Below are positions 39,097-49,294 of a DNA stretch of 64,000 nucleotides, piece after piece. Location: the NCBI GenBank assembly GCA_963801995.1, contig CAWDGW010000014.1:359523-423522 (forward strand), read 5' to 3'. The DNA is from an uncultured Holophagae bacterium. GTDB taxonomy: Bacteria; Acidobacteriota; Thermoanaerobaculia; Thermoanaerobaculales; Sulfomarinibacteraceae. Within the stretch, counting starts at the first letter, position 1; every line of letters starts with the position of its first letter. A program made the translations under genes and the position numbers. The notes beneath the pieces were generated by a model. That model had not been told where the DNA came from, did not search any database, and saw only the letters and a list, made by a program, of their open reading frames with translations.

Positions 39097-39621
39097 ATGA
39101 CACGAGGCGTTTTCAGCGACCCGAAAACCCGGCGAGCCTACATCGTGACCAAGGTGGCGGTATTCGCGGGGGCCGCACTGGCCACCTGGCCGTTGTCCAA
39201 GATCGTCGGACCTGAGGCGTGGTGGGGCCTCGGCATATTCGGAGTCGTGCTGGTGGCCCTCGGTGGTGCGGTCCTCGGACTGGGGGGCGGCGTTCGAGAC
39301 ACCGAGGAGGAGGCCGAGGAGGAAGACGACGAGTCCTTCGATTCGGAACTCCCGGTCTCGCTACCCGTCGAGGATTTCATAGACCTCCACCCGTTCTCAC
39401 CCGGGGAGATCCCTGACGTGGTGACCGAGTACCTGACCTCGGCTCATACCGCCGGATTCCGCCAGGTCCGGCTGATCCACGGCCGTGGCATCGGGGTCCA
39501 GCGCGAGCGGGTCCGCGGCGTCCTCGCGGGCCATCCCTTGGTGGTAGAGTTCTCGGACGCGACGGCCGATCGCGGCGGGTGGGGCGCCACCATCGCCCTC
39601 CTTCGAGACGATCCCGAGTAG
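39097..39621 (+). CDS. membrane-anchored Smr domain protein
   Basis: Two TM helices, an acidic linker, then a C-terminal Smr motif region LIHGRGIGVQR. Confidence 0.7.
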   Translation: MTRGVFSDPKTRRAYIVTKVAVFAGAALATWPLSKIVGPEAWWGLGIFGVVLVALGGAVLGLGGGVRDTEEEAEEEDDESFDSELPVSLPVEDFIDLHPFSPGEIPDVVTEYLTSAHTAGFRQVRLIHGRGIGVQRERVRGVLAGHPLVVEFSDATADRGGWGATIALLRDDPE

Positions 39622-39815
39622 GCGTGGGCGTGAACTGGATCGAACAATGTCTGGTACCCACCCCCGGTCATAGCCCCATGGCCCCAAAGCGCCACTCTCT
39701 CCCATATGTAAACGTCGGCAGAATTGCCATGAACATCAGCCAAGGCTTTCATGAACGTTGAACGTTTAACCTGAACGAGAGGACCTCAGACCTGCCTACG
39801 GGTAGAGCCGATTGA

Positions 39816-41099
39816 TCAGTCGCGGGTAGCCGAGCTCGTTTCGCGGAGGTGCGGCACGCCACAAATCCAGGCCACGCAGCGCTCGATGCCCAAACCGAAA
39901 CCGGCGTGGGGGAAGGAGCCGTAGGCGCGGATGTCGAGGTACCACTGATAGGCTTCGCGAGGCAGATCGTGGGCGGCGATCTGGCGCTCCAGATGCTCCA
40001 GCGAGTCCGACCGCTCCGACCCCCCGATGATCTCGCCATAGCCCTCCGGCGCGAGTACGTCCACCGCCAGGGCGCGGCTCGGGTCCTCCGGATCGGGTTG
40101 CATGTAGAACGCTTTGATGTCGGCCGGATATCGGGTAACCAAAATCGGCTGGTCGTACTGACTGGCAAGAACGGTCTCGTCATCGGCTCCGAGATCGTCG
40201 CCGAATTTGACGTCCTGGCCAAGCTCCTCAAGCTTCGTGATGGCGTCGCCGTAGTCGATCCGGGGGTAGGGCCGACGGGTGGCAGGCTCCAACAGACTGG
40301 TGTCTCGTTCCAGGCGTTCGAGGTCGGTGGCGCAGCGGTCCAGAACCCGCGCAACAATCTCCGACAGAAACTCCTCACATAGATCCAGCAGACCGTCGAA
40401 ACGCATCCAGGCCACCTCGGGCTCCACCATCCAGAACTCGGTGAGGTGGCGGCGGGTCTTCGACTTCTCGGCCCGGAAGGTGGGTCCGAAGCAGTAGACC
40501 TTGCCCAACGCCGCAGCGGCTGGTTCCAGGTAGAGCTGGCCCGACTGGGACAGATAGGCGGTGTCGCCGAAGTACTCGGTTTCGAACAGAGTCGAGGTTC
40601 CCTCGGCCGCGGCCGGGGTCAGGATCGGTGAGTCGATCAGGGTGTAGTCTCGGTCGTGGAAGAAGTCGCGGATGGCCTGGGACAGCTCGGAACGGACCCT
40701 CATGATGGCGTGTTGCCGCCGGGACCTCAGCCACAGATGGCGGTGGTTGAGAAGGAAATCGGGACCGTGGTCCTTCTTGCCGATGGGATACTCAGGGGCA
40801 ATCTGCACCACTCGAAGACCGCTGACCTTGAGCTCGTAGCCGCCGGGTGCCCGGTCGTCCGCCACCAGGCTCCCGGTAACCTCCACCGAAGACTCCTGGG
40901 TGAGCTCCACTGCCGTCTCCCACACCGCTTCGTTGACCTCGGGCCGGAACACGATGCACTGAAGGTAGCCGAAGCCGTCGCGCAAGATGATGAAGCGCAG
41001 TTTGCCCTTCTTGCGCCAGTTGTAGACCCATCCGCGAAGGGTTACGTTCTCCCCCTCGTGGTCGGCGAGTTCAGCGATCGTGATGACAGTTTCGGGCAT
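39816..41099 (-). CDS. asnS: asparagine--tRNA ligase
   Basis: Class IIb motifs including [27 protein letters not shown] trimmed to [11 protein letters not shown] after AGGAGT. Confidence 0.85.
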   Translation of the reverse strand: MPETVITIAELADHEGENVTLRGWVYNWRKKGKLRFIILRDGFGYLQCIVFRPEVNEAVWETAVELTQESSVEVTGSLVADDRAPGGYELKVSGLRVVQIAPEYPIGKKDHGPDFLLNHRHLWLRSRRQHAIMRVRSELSQAIRDFFHDRDYTLIDSPILTPAAAEGTSTLFETEYFGDTAYLSQSGQLYLEPAAAALGKVYCFGPTFRAEKSKTRRHLTEFWMVEPEVAWMRFDGLLDLCEEFLSEIVARVLDRCATDLERLERDTSLLEPATRRPYPRIDYGDAITKLEELGQDVKFGDDLGADDETVLASQYDQPILVTRYPADIKAFYMQPDPEDPSRALAVDVLAPEGYGEIIGGSERSDSLEHLERQIAAHDLPREAYQWYLDIRAYGSFPHAGFGLGIERCVAWICGVPHLRETSSATRD

Positions 41100-41134
41100 G
41101 GCGCACTCCTCGGCGGGGGGATTGTAACGCAAGC

Positions 41135-41169
41135 AAATTCGGAATTCGGAATTCGGAATTCGAAAATCG
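41135..41169 (+). repeat. GAATTCG heptamer array x4-5
   Basis: AAATTCG GAATTCG x3 AAAATCG. Confidence 0.9.
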
Positions 41170-41265
41170 TCGTTCGATCGTTGCGACGTGAACGAGGCGG
41201 CAGTGTACGGTGGGGAGCCGGCAGTGGTGCAGATGCCCGCCGATGTGATTCAGACGTTTGTCCTT

Positions 41266-41928
41266 CTACGCGTTCTCCATCGCCTGGTCGAAGTCGGCTT
41301 TCGGCCCGGAGAGGGCATCCGATGAGGCGTCCGCACGACCCGAGGCTTCGAGGACGATGACGTGGGGAACGTCCGGGTTGTCGGGATACTCCTCGTGACG
41401 TTCGAGGTTCTGAAGCGCGGGGTGACGGCTCTGGCCGTACGAGGCGGTCACCACGTCTTCGAAGCCTGCCTCGATGAGGGTTTCGGCAAGCGTCTGCTCG
41501 TTATAGAGGAACTGGTGACCCCAGCCCCGGAATGCCTTGTTCATCCAGAAGCAGTCGCGGATCGCTTCGCTGGCATTCTTCCAACCATCAAAATGGTATT
41601 GATGGCGCCAGACCCAATCGAGGTTCGGAGTTGATAGACGTAATACACCCCGGTTCGTGAGCGCGCGTCTGCACTCTCGCAGGAATTGAAGGCCGGAATC
41701 GAAATCGAGGTGCTCGATGAAGTGCTCGGCGAACACGAACTCGACATCGTCGAACGGCAGCCCCTGGCGAACATCCAGGGCCACGTCGATTCCTGGACCG
41801 GAGACGAGGTCGATATTCACCCAACCCGGGAGGGCGACTGTCCCGCACCCGACGTGGAGTTTCCTCACACCAGACTCAGACTGTTCCAGGCCTCGTTTTG
41901 CCTTCTTTTTTTTCGTGAATATGCTCAT
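41266..41928 (-). CDS. class I SAM-dependent methyltransferase
   Basis: 220 aa with motif I-like LHVGCGTVALPGWVNID. Confidence 0.65.
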   Translation of the reverse strand: MSIFTKKKKAKRGLEQSESGVRKLHVGCGTVALPGWVNIDLVSGPGIDVALDVRQGLPFDDVEFVFAEHFIEHLDFDSGLQFLRECRRALTNRGVLRLSTPNLDWVWRHQYHFDGWKNASEAIRDCFWMNKAFRGWGHQFLYNEQTLAETLIEAGFEDVVTASYGQSRHPALQNLERHEEYPDNPDVPHVIVLEASGRADASSDALSGPKADFDQAMENA

Positions 41929-41993
41929 GACCGAGCCTCCGAAAGAACAGTGGCGATCGACGACAACCCTCTCATTTCAACCTCGGTGAATCA

Positions 41994-42028
41994 ACTCTTC
42001 AATTTTCAATCTTCAATCTTCAATTCAA
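41994..42028 (+). repeat. AATCTTC heptamer array x5
   Basis: Lies upstream of trpE. Confidence 0.9.
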
Positions 42029-42125
42029 CTTCGCCTCTGCTCAGCCCGGCCGTTCACCTTGGGGCTGGACGGTCGGGGCGATGCCGGGCACAATGGCGGC
42101 TCGGAGCTGGGGGTTGGAGAGGGAG

Positions 42126-43625
42126 ATGAATGCGCACGATGATCTGAGACCAAACCGAGAGCAGTTCGAGGAACTGGCGAAGTGCCATGCCGTGGTACCA
42201 GTGGTGCGGGAACTCACCTCGGATACGGTGACGCCGTTCAGCGTGTACTCCAGGCTTGCCGCGAGCGGGCGTAACGCCTTTTTGCTGGAAAGCGTCGAGG
42301 GAGGTGAACGGGCGGCGCGCTACTCGTTTTCCAGTGCAGATCCCTACCGGGTGATTGAGCTTCGCCGGGGCGAGGTTTACGTGGATGGCATTCCGCAGCC
42401 GGGGCCGCCGATCGAGGTGCTCCGCCGAGCCACCGACCAGGGGTCACTGGCTCCGGTGGATGATTTGCCTCCCTTTGCCGGCGGCGCAATGGGCTACGTG
42501 GGCTACGACGCGGTGCGGGTGATGGAACGGATTCCGGACACGGGGCGTGACGAGGGTGGGCTGCCCGATGCCTGGTTCGGCCTGTACGACGGCGTGGTGG
42601 CCCTGGATCGGGCTCGCCAGCGTCTTCAGTTGATTGCCCTCGCCCGGATCGAAGGGGACTCCGAGCGGGCTTGGCAGAGCGCGGTGCGTCGGCTCGGCTC
42701 GCTGCACGCCGCGGTGCTGACCGGCGGCGACGGATCCCGACCGCACGCCATTCCCCGCCCCGCCGGCGATCCATGGCACGACTGGCGCGCGACTCCGGAG
42801 GCCGAGGATTACCTGGCAGCCGTCCGGCGCGCCCGCGAGGACATTCTGGCGGGAGATATCTTCCAGGTGGTCCTGTCCCGACGGTGGCGTCGGATGCCAC
42901 GCTGTACGGCGGCCGAGATCTATCGGATGCTGCGGCTCACCAACCCATCGCCCTACATGTTTCTCTTCGACACCGGTCAGGCTCGAATTCTGGGCGCCAG
43001 CCCCGAGATGCTTGTCAGGGTGAGGGACCGGGTGGTGGCCACCTGTCCCATCGCCGGGACTCGCCGGCGCGGCCAGGATCCGGAGGAGGACCGCCGACTG
43101 GAAGAGGAACTGCTGGCGGACCCCAAGGAGCGGGCCGAGCACGTGATGCTGGTGGACCTGGGACGCAACGACCTCGGCCGAGTGTCGGAACCAGGTTCGG
43201 TCCGGGTCAGCCGCGATCTCGAAGTGGAGCGATACAGCCACGTCATGCACCTGGTGAGCGAGGTGGAGGGGCGACTTCGAGAGGACACCGATGCCTGGGA
43301 CGCTCTCTTCGCCTGCTTCCCGGCCGGTACGTTGAGTGGCGCTCCCAAGGTCCGGGCCATGGAAATCATCGACGAGCTCGAAGAGGTCCGCCGTGGCGTC
43401 TACGGAGGGGCTGTGGGCTATCGAAACGTCAACGGCGACCTGGACTCCTGCATCGCCATCCGGACCCTGGTGGAACGGGGCGGTTCGGTCCAGGTGCAGG
43501 CCGGGGCGGGGATCGTGTACGACTCGGTTCCCGAGACCGAGCTCGAGGAATGCCGCAACAAAGCCAAGGCCCTTATCGAGGCGGTCGCCATGGCTGAGGC
43601 GGCGTCGAATCGCCAAGGAAAATGA
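42126..43625 (+). CDS. trpE: anthranilate synthase component I
   Basis: Chorismate-binding domain (GAVGY, IRT, GAGIV motifs). First gene of the trp gene order. Confidence 0.9.
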   Translation: MNAHDDLRPNREQFEELAKCHAVVPVVRELTSDTVTPFSVYSRLAASGRNAFLLESVEGGERAARYSFSSADPYRVIELRRGEVYVDGIPQPGPPIEVLRRATDQGSLAPVDDLPPFAGGAMGYVGYDAVRVMERIPDTGRDEGGLPDAWFGLYDGVVALDRARQRLQLIALARIEGDSERAWQSAVRRLGSLHAAVLTGGDGSRPHAIPRPAGDPWHDWRATPEAEDYLAAVRRAREDILAGDIFQVVLSRRWRRMPRCTAAEIYRMLRLTNPSPYMFLFDTGQARILGASPEMLVRVRDRVVATCPIAGTRRRGQDPEEDRRLEEELLADPKERAEHVMLVDLGRNDLGRVSEPGSVRVSRDLEVERYSHVMHLVSEVEGRLREDTDAWDALFACFPAGTLSGAPKVRAMEIIDELEEVRRGVYGGAVGYRNVNGDLDSCIAIRTLVERGGSVQVQAGAGIVYDSVPETELEECRNKAKALIEAVAMAEAASNRQGK

Positions 43626-43640
43626 GGGCCGCGGCAAATG

Positions 43641-43776
43641 CGAAATTCGAAATTCGAAATTCGAAATTCCCCCACCCGCCCAGGCACTGACCGACGCGGT
43701 CGAGGTCTCGGACAAACGCTGGCAACTTTGGGTGTGCGGTGGGGGAATGTTGTCGAATTTCGAATTTCGAATTTCC
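43641..43776. repeat. inverted heptamer arms (CGAAATT x4 + CCCCC / GGGGG + CGAATTT x3) around a ~67-nt core
   Basis: The arms are reverse complements of each other, giving a potential stem of about 30 bp. Lies between trpE and trpG. Confidence 0.9.
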
Positions 43777-43796
43777 ACGCGTGAGGGAGGGCTCGC

Positions 43797-44408
43797 GTGA
43801 TCCTCGTCATCGATAACTACGATTCCTTCACCTACAACCTGGTGCAGGAGCTGGCCGAGTTGTCGGAATCGGCTCTCGAGGTGGTGAGAAACGACGTGGC
43901 CCCCGCTGTGGAGCTGGTGGGCCGTACGCCGGCGGCGATCGTGATTTCCCCCGGGCCGGGAGTGCCCGAAGGGGCGGGAGTCAGCATGGATCTGATCACC
44001 GCGGCCCGAGGCATCCCCGTGCTGGGGATCTGCCTGGGTCACCAGGCCCTGGCCGCGGTCCACGGCGCCACCATCGTGCGCGGACCGGAGCCGGTCCACG
44101 GCAAGACCTCGCCCATCCACCATGACGGCAAAGGGCTCTTCGAGGGAGTTCCCAACCCCTTCGAGGCCACTCGATACCACTCGCTGGTGGTGGACCGGAA
44201 CACGATTCCCGACGCACTGCGGGTGACGGCGTGGACTGACGACGGCATGGTGATGGGACTTCAAGACGTTTCGCGACCCCACTACGGCCTCCAGTTCCAC
44301 CCGGAGTCCTACCTCAGTGAGGAGGGGATGCGGCTGCTGGCTCGTTTTCTCCAGGCCGCCCACATCCCGCTCAGTGACGAAGGTCGGAGGAGGATCGGTG
44401 AATCTTGA
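43797..44408 (+). CDS. trpG: anthranilate synthase component II (glutamine amidotransferase)
   Basis: GTG start. MILVIDNYDSFTYNL, GICLGHQ and HPES triad motifs. Confidence 0.9.
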   Translation: MILVIDNYDSFTYNLVQELAELSESALEVVRNDVAPAVELVGRTPAAIVISPGPGVPEGAGVSMDLITAARGIPVLGICLGHQALAAVHGATIVRGPEPVHGKTSPIHHDGKGLFEGVPNPFEATRYHSLVVDRNTIPDALRVTAWTDDGMVMGLQDVSRPHYGLQFHPESYLSEEGMRLLARFLQAAHIPLSDEGRRRIGES

Positions 44409-45444
44409 GACCCGGCAGATGCTGCAGCGACTGATCGATCGCCAGGACCTCGAGGCGACTGAGCTGCAACAGTTCATGGGCGAGGTCATGGATGGGCGGG
44501 TGGAACCGGCTCAGATCGCTGCGGTGTTGGTGGCCTTGAGGGCGAAGGGTGAGACTCCGACCGAGGTGGCCGCGGCCGCACGGGCCATGCGGGAGCGCCT
44601 GCTCCCGGTCCCTGTGACCGAACCTGAACTGGCGGTGGATACCTGCGGGACCGGCGGTGATGGCGCCAACACGGTGAATATCTCCACTGCGGCCGCCCTG
44701 CTGGCGGCGGCCTGCGGGGTACCGGTGGCCAAACACGGCAATCGTTCGGTGTCGTCGCGCTGCGGTTCTGCCGATGTACTCGAGGCCGTGGGGGTACGGC
44801 TCGACCTCGAGCCCGCTGCCCTGGCCCGGCTCCACCACGAGCTGGGCATTGCCTTCCTCTTCGCACCCCGCCTCCATCCCGCCATGGGCGCGGTGATGCC
44901 GGTGCGGCGTGCGCTGGGCGTGCGAACCGTTTTCAATCTATTGGGCCCCCTGACCAACCCGGCCCGCGCCGAACGTCAGGTGGTGGGCGTCTGGGGTTCC
45001 GACGTGCAGCCGCTGATCGCCGGTGCGCTGGCCGAGTTGGGCACGCGCCACGCCCTCGTCGTCCACTCCGACGACGGCCTGGACGAGATCTCGGTGTTGG
45101 CGCCCACGTCGGTTGTCGAGATTCGAAATGGCGAGATTGCCGCCGAGTGGCGAGTGGTTCCTGATCAGCTCGGTGTGACGGCGGACCGACCCGAATCGCT
45201 TCGCGGAGGAACGGTGGAGGAAAACACCCGCCGGCTGGAGTCCATATTGGCGGGCTCAGAGAGCTCGGCCGCAGCGGAAGCTGTGGCCCTCAACGCGGCC
45301 GCTGCACTCTACGTCGCTGGTGAGGTGGACGATCTGCGGGAGGGGCTCGCCCGTTGCCGTGAGGCGTTGGCGACTGGAATCGCCCTCGACAAGCTCCGAG
45401 AGCTGGTGCGGAGGTCGGCGGAGCTGGTGGGCCATGCCGGATAA
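44398..45444 (+). CDS. trpD: anthranilate phosphoribosyltransferase
   Basis: GTG start after GGAGGAGG, overlapping the trpG stop codon. DTCGTGGDGANTVNIST motif. Confidence 0.9.
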   Translation: MNLETRQMLQRLIDRQDLEATELQQFMGEVMDGRVEPAQIAAVLVALRAKGETPTEVAAAARAMRERLLPVPVTEPELAVDTCGTGGDGANTVNISTAAALLAAACGVPVAKHGNRSVSSRCGSADVLEAVGVRLDLEPAALARLHHELGIAFLFAPRLHPAMGAVMPVRRALGVRTVFNLLGPLTNPARAERQVVGVWGSDVQPLIAGALAELGTRHALVVHSDDGLDEISVLAPTSVVEIRNGEIAAEWRVVPDQLGVTADRPESLRGGTVEENTRRLESILAGSESSAAAEAVALNAAAALYVAGEVDDLREGLARCREALATGIALDKLRELVRRSAELVGHAG

Positions 45445-46249
45445 ATCGATTCTCGACCGGATTGTGGAGTCGGTCCTCGAGCGGCAACGGGCCGCCGAGC
45501 CGGCCACCGGCCTTGAAGAACGTGCGGGGCGGGTGGCGGAGCAGAGATTCCGGTCCGATCCGCGATCACTGCGGGCAGCGTTGGCGCGGCCCGGGACGTC
45601 GGTGATCGCCGAGTGCAAGCATGCCTCACCCTCGGCCGGGGTCCTCAGAGATCCATTTGTCCCGGTCTCCCTGGCAGAGGCCTACCAAGGCGCTGGCGCC
45701 GCTGCCATCTCGGTGGTCACCGAGGTCGACCACTTCCAGGGAAGCTTGGCCTGGCTGGCCCCGGTCCGCCAGGTCGTGTCGGTGCCGGTGCTGCGGAAGG
45801 ACTTCGTGGTCACCGAGCGACAACTCTACGAGACCGCTTTGGCCGGTGCCGACGCCGTGCTGCTCATTCAGCGGATCCTCGAGCCGGCGCACCTGGAGGA
45901 CCTGGTCGGGCTGGCGGCCCGACTTCACCTGGAGGTCCTGCTCGAAATATTCGCCGATGAGGATCCGGAGATCGCGGTCGCTTCGGGGGCGGAGATCATC
46001 GGCGTCAACGCCCGCGATCTGGGTACTTTCACGACCGACCTCGTCAGAGTCGAGGAGATGGCCGCAAGCATTCCATCGGACCGCGTCCGGGTCGCCGAGA
46101 GCGGGATCAACGGCCGCGGCGACATCGACCGCCTCGCCGCAGCCGGCTACGATGCCTTCTTAGTGGGTGAATACCTCGTCCGGGCATCGGATCCTGGTGA
46201 ATCTCTTCGAGATCTGATCGCCCCGCAGAAACGGTCGCATGAGCCGTGA
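45434..46249 (+). CDS. trpC: indole-3-glycerol phosphate synthase
   Basis: ATG overlaps the trpD end. IAECKHASPSAG and SVVTE motifs. Confidence 0.9.
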   Translation: MPDKSILDRIVESVLERQRAAEPATGLEERAGRVAEQRFRSDPRSLRAALARPGTSVIAECKHASPSAGVLRDPFVPVSLAEAYQGAGAAAISVVTEVDHFQGSLAWLAPVRQVVSVPVLRKDFVVTERQLYETALAGADAVLLIQRILEPAHLEDLVGLAARLHLEVLLEIFADEDPEIAVASGAEIIGVNARDLGTFTTDLVRVEEMAASIPSDRVRVAESGINGRGDIDRLAAAGYDAFLVGEYLVRASDPGESLRDLIAPQKRSHEP

Positions 46250-46251
46250 GA

Positions 46252-46286
46252 AATTTTCAATCTTCAATCTTCAATTTTCAATTGGG
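46252..46286 (+). repeat. AATCTTC/AATTTTC heptamer array x5
   Basis: Fills the 46-nt trpC-trpF spacer. Confidence 0.9.
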
Positions 46287-46295
46287 TGGGCGGGC

Positions 46296-46898
46296 GTGCT
46301 GATCAAAATCTGCGGCTTGACCCGCCCCGAGGACGTCCAAGTCGCTATCGCGGCGGGCGCCGACATGGTGGGTTTCGTGTTCGTCCCGGGCACCCCTCGA
46401 GCGGTCACGGTCGAGTCGGCGCCATGGGTCCGGGAGATCACAGCAGTTGAGACCGTTGGTGTGTTCCGTGACGCCTCGCTGGACGAAATCTGCGCCGTCC
46501 GCGATGGACTGGAGCTGGACCGGATCCAGCTCCACGGCCACGAGTCCGACGCTCTGATCGATGCACTCGGATCGCGGGTCATCCGGAGAGTGGACCCCGA
46601 GGAAGGTCCTGTTTGGGATAGGGTTGTGGAGCTCCAGGGGCGGTGTCTGCCGTTGCTCGATCCCGGGGCCGGCAGCGGTGTGGCGGTGGACTTTTTTGCC
46701 TTGTCTCCCCCGCCCAGCGGGATCCGCTTCGGCCTCGCCGGGGGACTGGCGCCCGACAACGTGGCGACTGCGGTGAGCCGCCTGCAGCCGGCCATGGTGG
46801 ACGTGTCCTCAGGGGTCGAGACGGCTCCGGGGGTCAAAGATCCGGCGTTGATCCGTCGGTTCATCGAGGCCGCGCGAGCCGCGGCCGATACCCTGTGA
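46296..46898 (+). CDS. trpF: phosphoribosylanthranilate isomerase
   Basis: GTG start. [14 protein letters not shown] matches the typical TrpF N-terminus. Confidence 0.85.
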   Translation: MLIKICGLTRPEDVQVAIAAGADMVGFVFVPGTPRAVTVESAPWVREITAVETVGVFRDASLDEICAVRDGLELDRIQLHGHESDALIDALGSRVIRRVDPEEGPVWDRVVELQGRCLPLLDPGAGSGVAVDFFALSPPPSGIRFGLAGGLAPDNVATAVSRLQPAMVDVSSGVETAPGVKDPALIRRFIEAARAAADTL

Positions 46899-47008
46899 GA
46901 ACCTCGGGCCCCTTCCCGTTCCGGTACCCGAAAACGACTCACCTGAGCCTTCTATCAAATCACCATCCACGGTTGGAGGGGAGGTTGGTTTTTCGAGTAC
47001 AGTTCTTT

Positions 47009-47072
47009 CGGGAACGGGAACGGGAACGGGAACGGGAACGGGAACGGGAACGGGAACGGGAACGGGCACGGA
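47009..47072 (+). repeat. hexamer array GGAACG x9 (+1 degenerate)
   Basis: Lies in the trpF-trpB spacer. A partial inverted copy CCCTTCCCGTTCCGG is at 46909-46930. Confidence 0.95.
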
Positions 47073-47109
47073 GTCGGACAGGGGTAGAATCAGGCGGTAT
47101 GGAAAGACC

Positions 47110-48303
47110 ATGAAGAAATTACCCAACTCCCGCGGCTATTTCGGCGATTACGGGGGGAGGTTCGTCCCCGAAACTCTGATGGAGCCTCTCGCTGAGCTCG
47201 AACGGGCCTTCCGACGTTCGCGACGGGATCGGAGCTTTGTCAAGAAGCTTGACGATCTGCTGGCGCACTACGTGGGCCGGCCGACGCCACTGTTTTTTGC
47301 GGAGAGCCTCTCCGATCGGGTGGGTGGAGCCGAGATTTGGCTCAAGCGGGAGGACCTCTGCCATACCGGGGCACACAAGATCAACAACGCTCTCGGTCAG
47401 GGATTGCTCGCCGTGGCCATGGGCAAGGAGCGGGTGATCGCCGAAACCGGTGCCGGCCAGCACGGGGTGGCTGTAGCCACCGCCGCCGCCCTGCTCGGGC
47501 TCAAGTGCCGGGTGTATATGGGCACCGAGGATATGCGCCGGCAGGAGATCAACGTCTTCCGCATGCGCCTTATGGGCTCTGAGGTGGTCGGGGTGGAGGC
47601 CGGGTCAAAAACCCTGAAGGATGCCATCAACGAGTCCATGCGGGACTGGGTGACCAACGTGGCCACGACCCACTACATCCTGGGTTCGGTGTTGGGACCC
47701 CACCCCTTTCCGGAGATGGTGCGCGACTTCCAGTCGGTGATTGGCAGGGAGGCTCGGGTTCAATTCAAACGGCAGGCGAAAGGAACCCCGGAGATGGTGG
47801 TGGCCTGTGTCGGCGGTGGATCCAACGCGGCCGGGATCTTCACGGCATTTGTGGCCGACGAGTCGGTCAGGCTCGTGGGTGTCGAGGCCGGGGGTCGAAG
47901 CAGCTCGCCGGGTGAGCACGCGGCGCGGTTTGGTGGCGGTGGGTCCCCGGGTGTGCTCCATGGAACCCGAACCTGGATGCTCCAAGACGAGGACGGTCAG
48001 GTGTTGGGCACCCATTCGGTGTCCGCTGGTCTCGACTATCCGGCGGTGGGTCCGGAGCACGCCCAGTGGCACGACACCGGGCGGGTCACATACACCAAGG
48101 TGGACGACGAGCAGGCGCTCGAGGCTTTCCACCTTCTGGCCGAGACCGAGGGAATCGTGCCAGCCCTCGAGTCAGCCCACGCCATCGCCCACACGGTGAA
48201 GGTCGCTCCGGGCATGGCTCGGTCGGCGAGAATCCTGGTCAACCTGTCCGGTCGAGGAGACAAGGACCTGGATGAAGTGGTGCTGGTGGAGGGTGGATCG
48301 TGA
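47110..48303 (+). CDS. trpB: tryptophan synthase beta chain
   Basis: [14 protein letters not shown]-lysine motif and GGGSNA. Confidence 0.95.
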   Translation: MKKLPNSRGYFGDYGGRFVPETLMEPLAELERAFRRSRRDRSFVKKLDDLLAHYVGRPTPLFFAESLSDRVGGAEIWLKREDLCHTGAHKINNALGQGLLAVAMGKERVIAETGAGQHGVAVATAAALLGLKCRVYMGTEDMRRQEINVFRMRLMGSEVVGVEAGSKTLKDAINESMRDWVTNVATTHYILGSVLGPHPFPEMVRDFQSVIGREARVQFKRQAKGTPEMVVACVGGGSNAAGIFTAFVADESVRLVGVEAGGRSSSPGEHAARFGGGGSPGVLHGTRTWMLQDEDGQVLGTHSVSAGLDYPAVGPEHAQWHDTGRVTYTKVDDEQALEAFHLLAETEGIVPALESAHAIAHTVKVAPGMARSARILVNLSGRGDKDLDEVVLVEGGS

Positions 48304-49097
48304 GCCGGATCGCAGACGCCTTCGCTGCCGCCCGCCGCGCCCGCAGAGCGGCTTTCATTCCGTATGTCACCGCGGGGGATCCAAGCCTCGAGAGGACGGT
48401 TGGCCTGGCCCGTGCCCTGCGTCGAGCCGGTGCAGACATCCTCGAACTTGGCGTACCCTTTTCTGATCCTATCGCCGATGGACCAACCAACCAGCTGGCC
48501 GCGGAGCGTGCCTTGGCCGCTGGAGCTACCCTCGCAGGGGTGCTCGAGGTGGCAGCCCACATTCGGTCCGAAGAGGACCTGCCTCTGATCCTGTTCAGCT
48601 ATGCCAACCCTGTGGTCCACTACGGGGTGGACCGATTCGCTGAAGACGCCGCCTCGGCCGGAGTTGATGGGATTCTGTTCACCGATGTTCCAGTTGAAGA
48701 ACTGGGACGTTTCGAATCCGATCTTGAGCGAACCGGGCTGGACGCGATCCTTCTGGTCACTCCCACCTCCACCAAGGAGCGGATCAAGGCCGCCAGCCGC
48801 CGCGGCGGTGGATTCATCTACTTGGTTTCCACCACAGGGGTGACCGGGGCGCGCAGTGCTCTCGACCCCGAGCTTGCTTCCAACATCCGCACCGCACGTC
48901 GGATCTCCAAACTTCCGGTGGCGGTGGGCTTTGGCATCTCCACACCGGCCCAGGTCTCCGAGGTCGCCGCCCTTGCGGACGGCGTGGTTGTCGGCTCCGC
49001 CATCGTCGACCGAATCGGCAGATACGGCGATGCGGCGGGCCTCGAAGATATGGTCCAACGCTTCGCCACTCCTTTGGCCGAGGCGTGTCGTAGGTAA
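48300..49097 (+). CDS. trpA: tryptophan synthase alpha chain
   Basis: GTGA overlap with the trpB stop codon (GTG start). [14 protein letters not shown] motif. Confidence 0.9.
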   Translation: MSRIADAFAAARRARRAAFIPYVTAGDPSLERTVGLARALRRAGADILELGVPFSDPIADGPTNQLAAERALAAGATLAGVLEVAAHIRSEEDLPLILFSYANPVVHYGVDRFAEDAASAGVDGILFTDVPVEELGRFESDLERTGLDAILLVTPTSTKERIKAASRRGGGFIYLVSTTGVTGARSALDPELASNIRTARRISKLPVAVGFGISTPAQVSEVAALADGVVVGSAIVDRIGRYGDAAGLEDMVQRFATPLAEACRR

Positions 49098-49294
49098 GTG
49101 AAAATTTCGGCTCGATACTAGATCCTTGCGCGATGGGTCATAATCAGTGGAGTTCAATACTAGGCCTTTGGCTTCCTCTACTGCCCTGGAGGCCGAACAA
49201 GAGACACTCAGTGTCGAGCTGTCAACATCGATTACCAAGCCGAAGACCGAGTATTGAGTAATTTAGCTATGACCGGGTTTAAAGCGATAAGGAC

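Noticed and set aside
41929-42125. Trp-codon leader peptide, attenuator or T-box upstream of trpE
   Set aside because: There are no tandem TGG codons in any short ORF, no terminator/antiterminator pair and no T-box specifier architecture. Only an AATCTTC array is present.
42444-44489. 681-aa minus-strand ORF spanning trpE and trpG
   Set aside because: It is antisense to two well-supported trp genes, crosses an intergenic repeat element, and is low-complexity and Arg-rich.
46643-47126. ORFs encoding ERERERER... and PVPVPVPV... across the GGAACG array
   Set aside because: The dipeptide repeats are simply translations of the hexamer array in a spacer. There is no start context and no flanking domain.
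49098-49294. AT-richer 197-nt spacer between trpA and rsmA as a possible ncRNA
   Set aside because: I saw only weak local hairpins, no terminator and no match to conserved RNase P, SRP, 6S or tmRNA motifs that I can recognise by eye.
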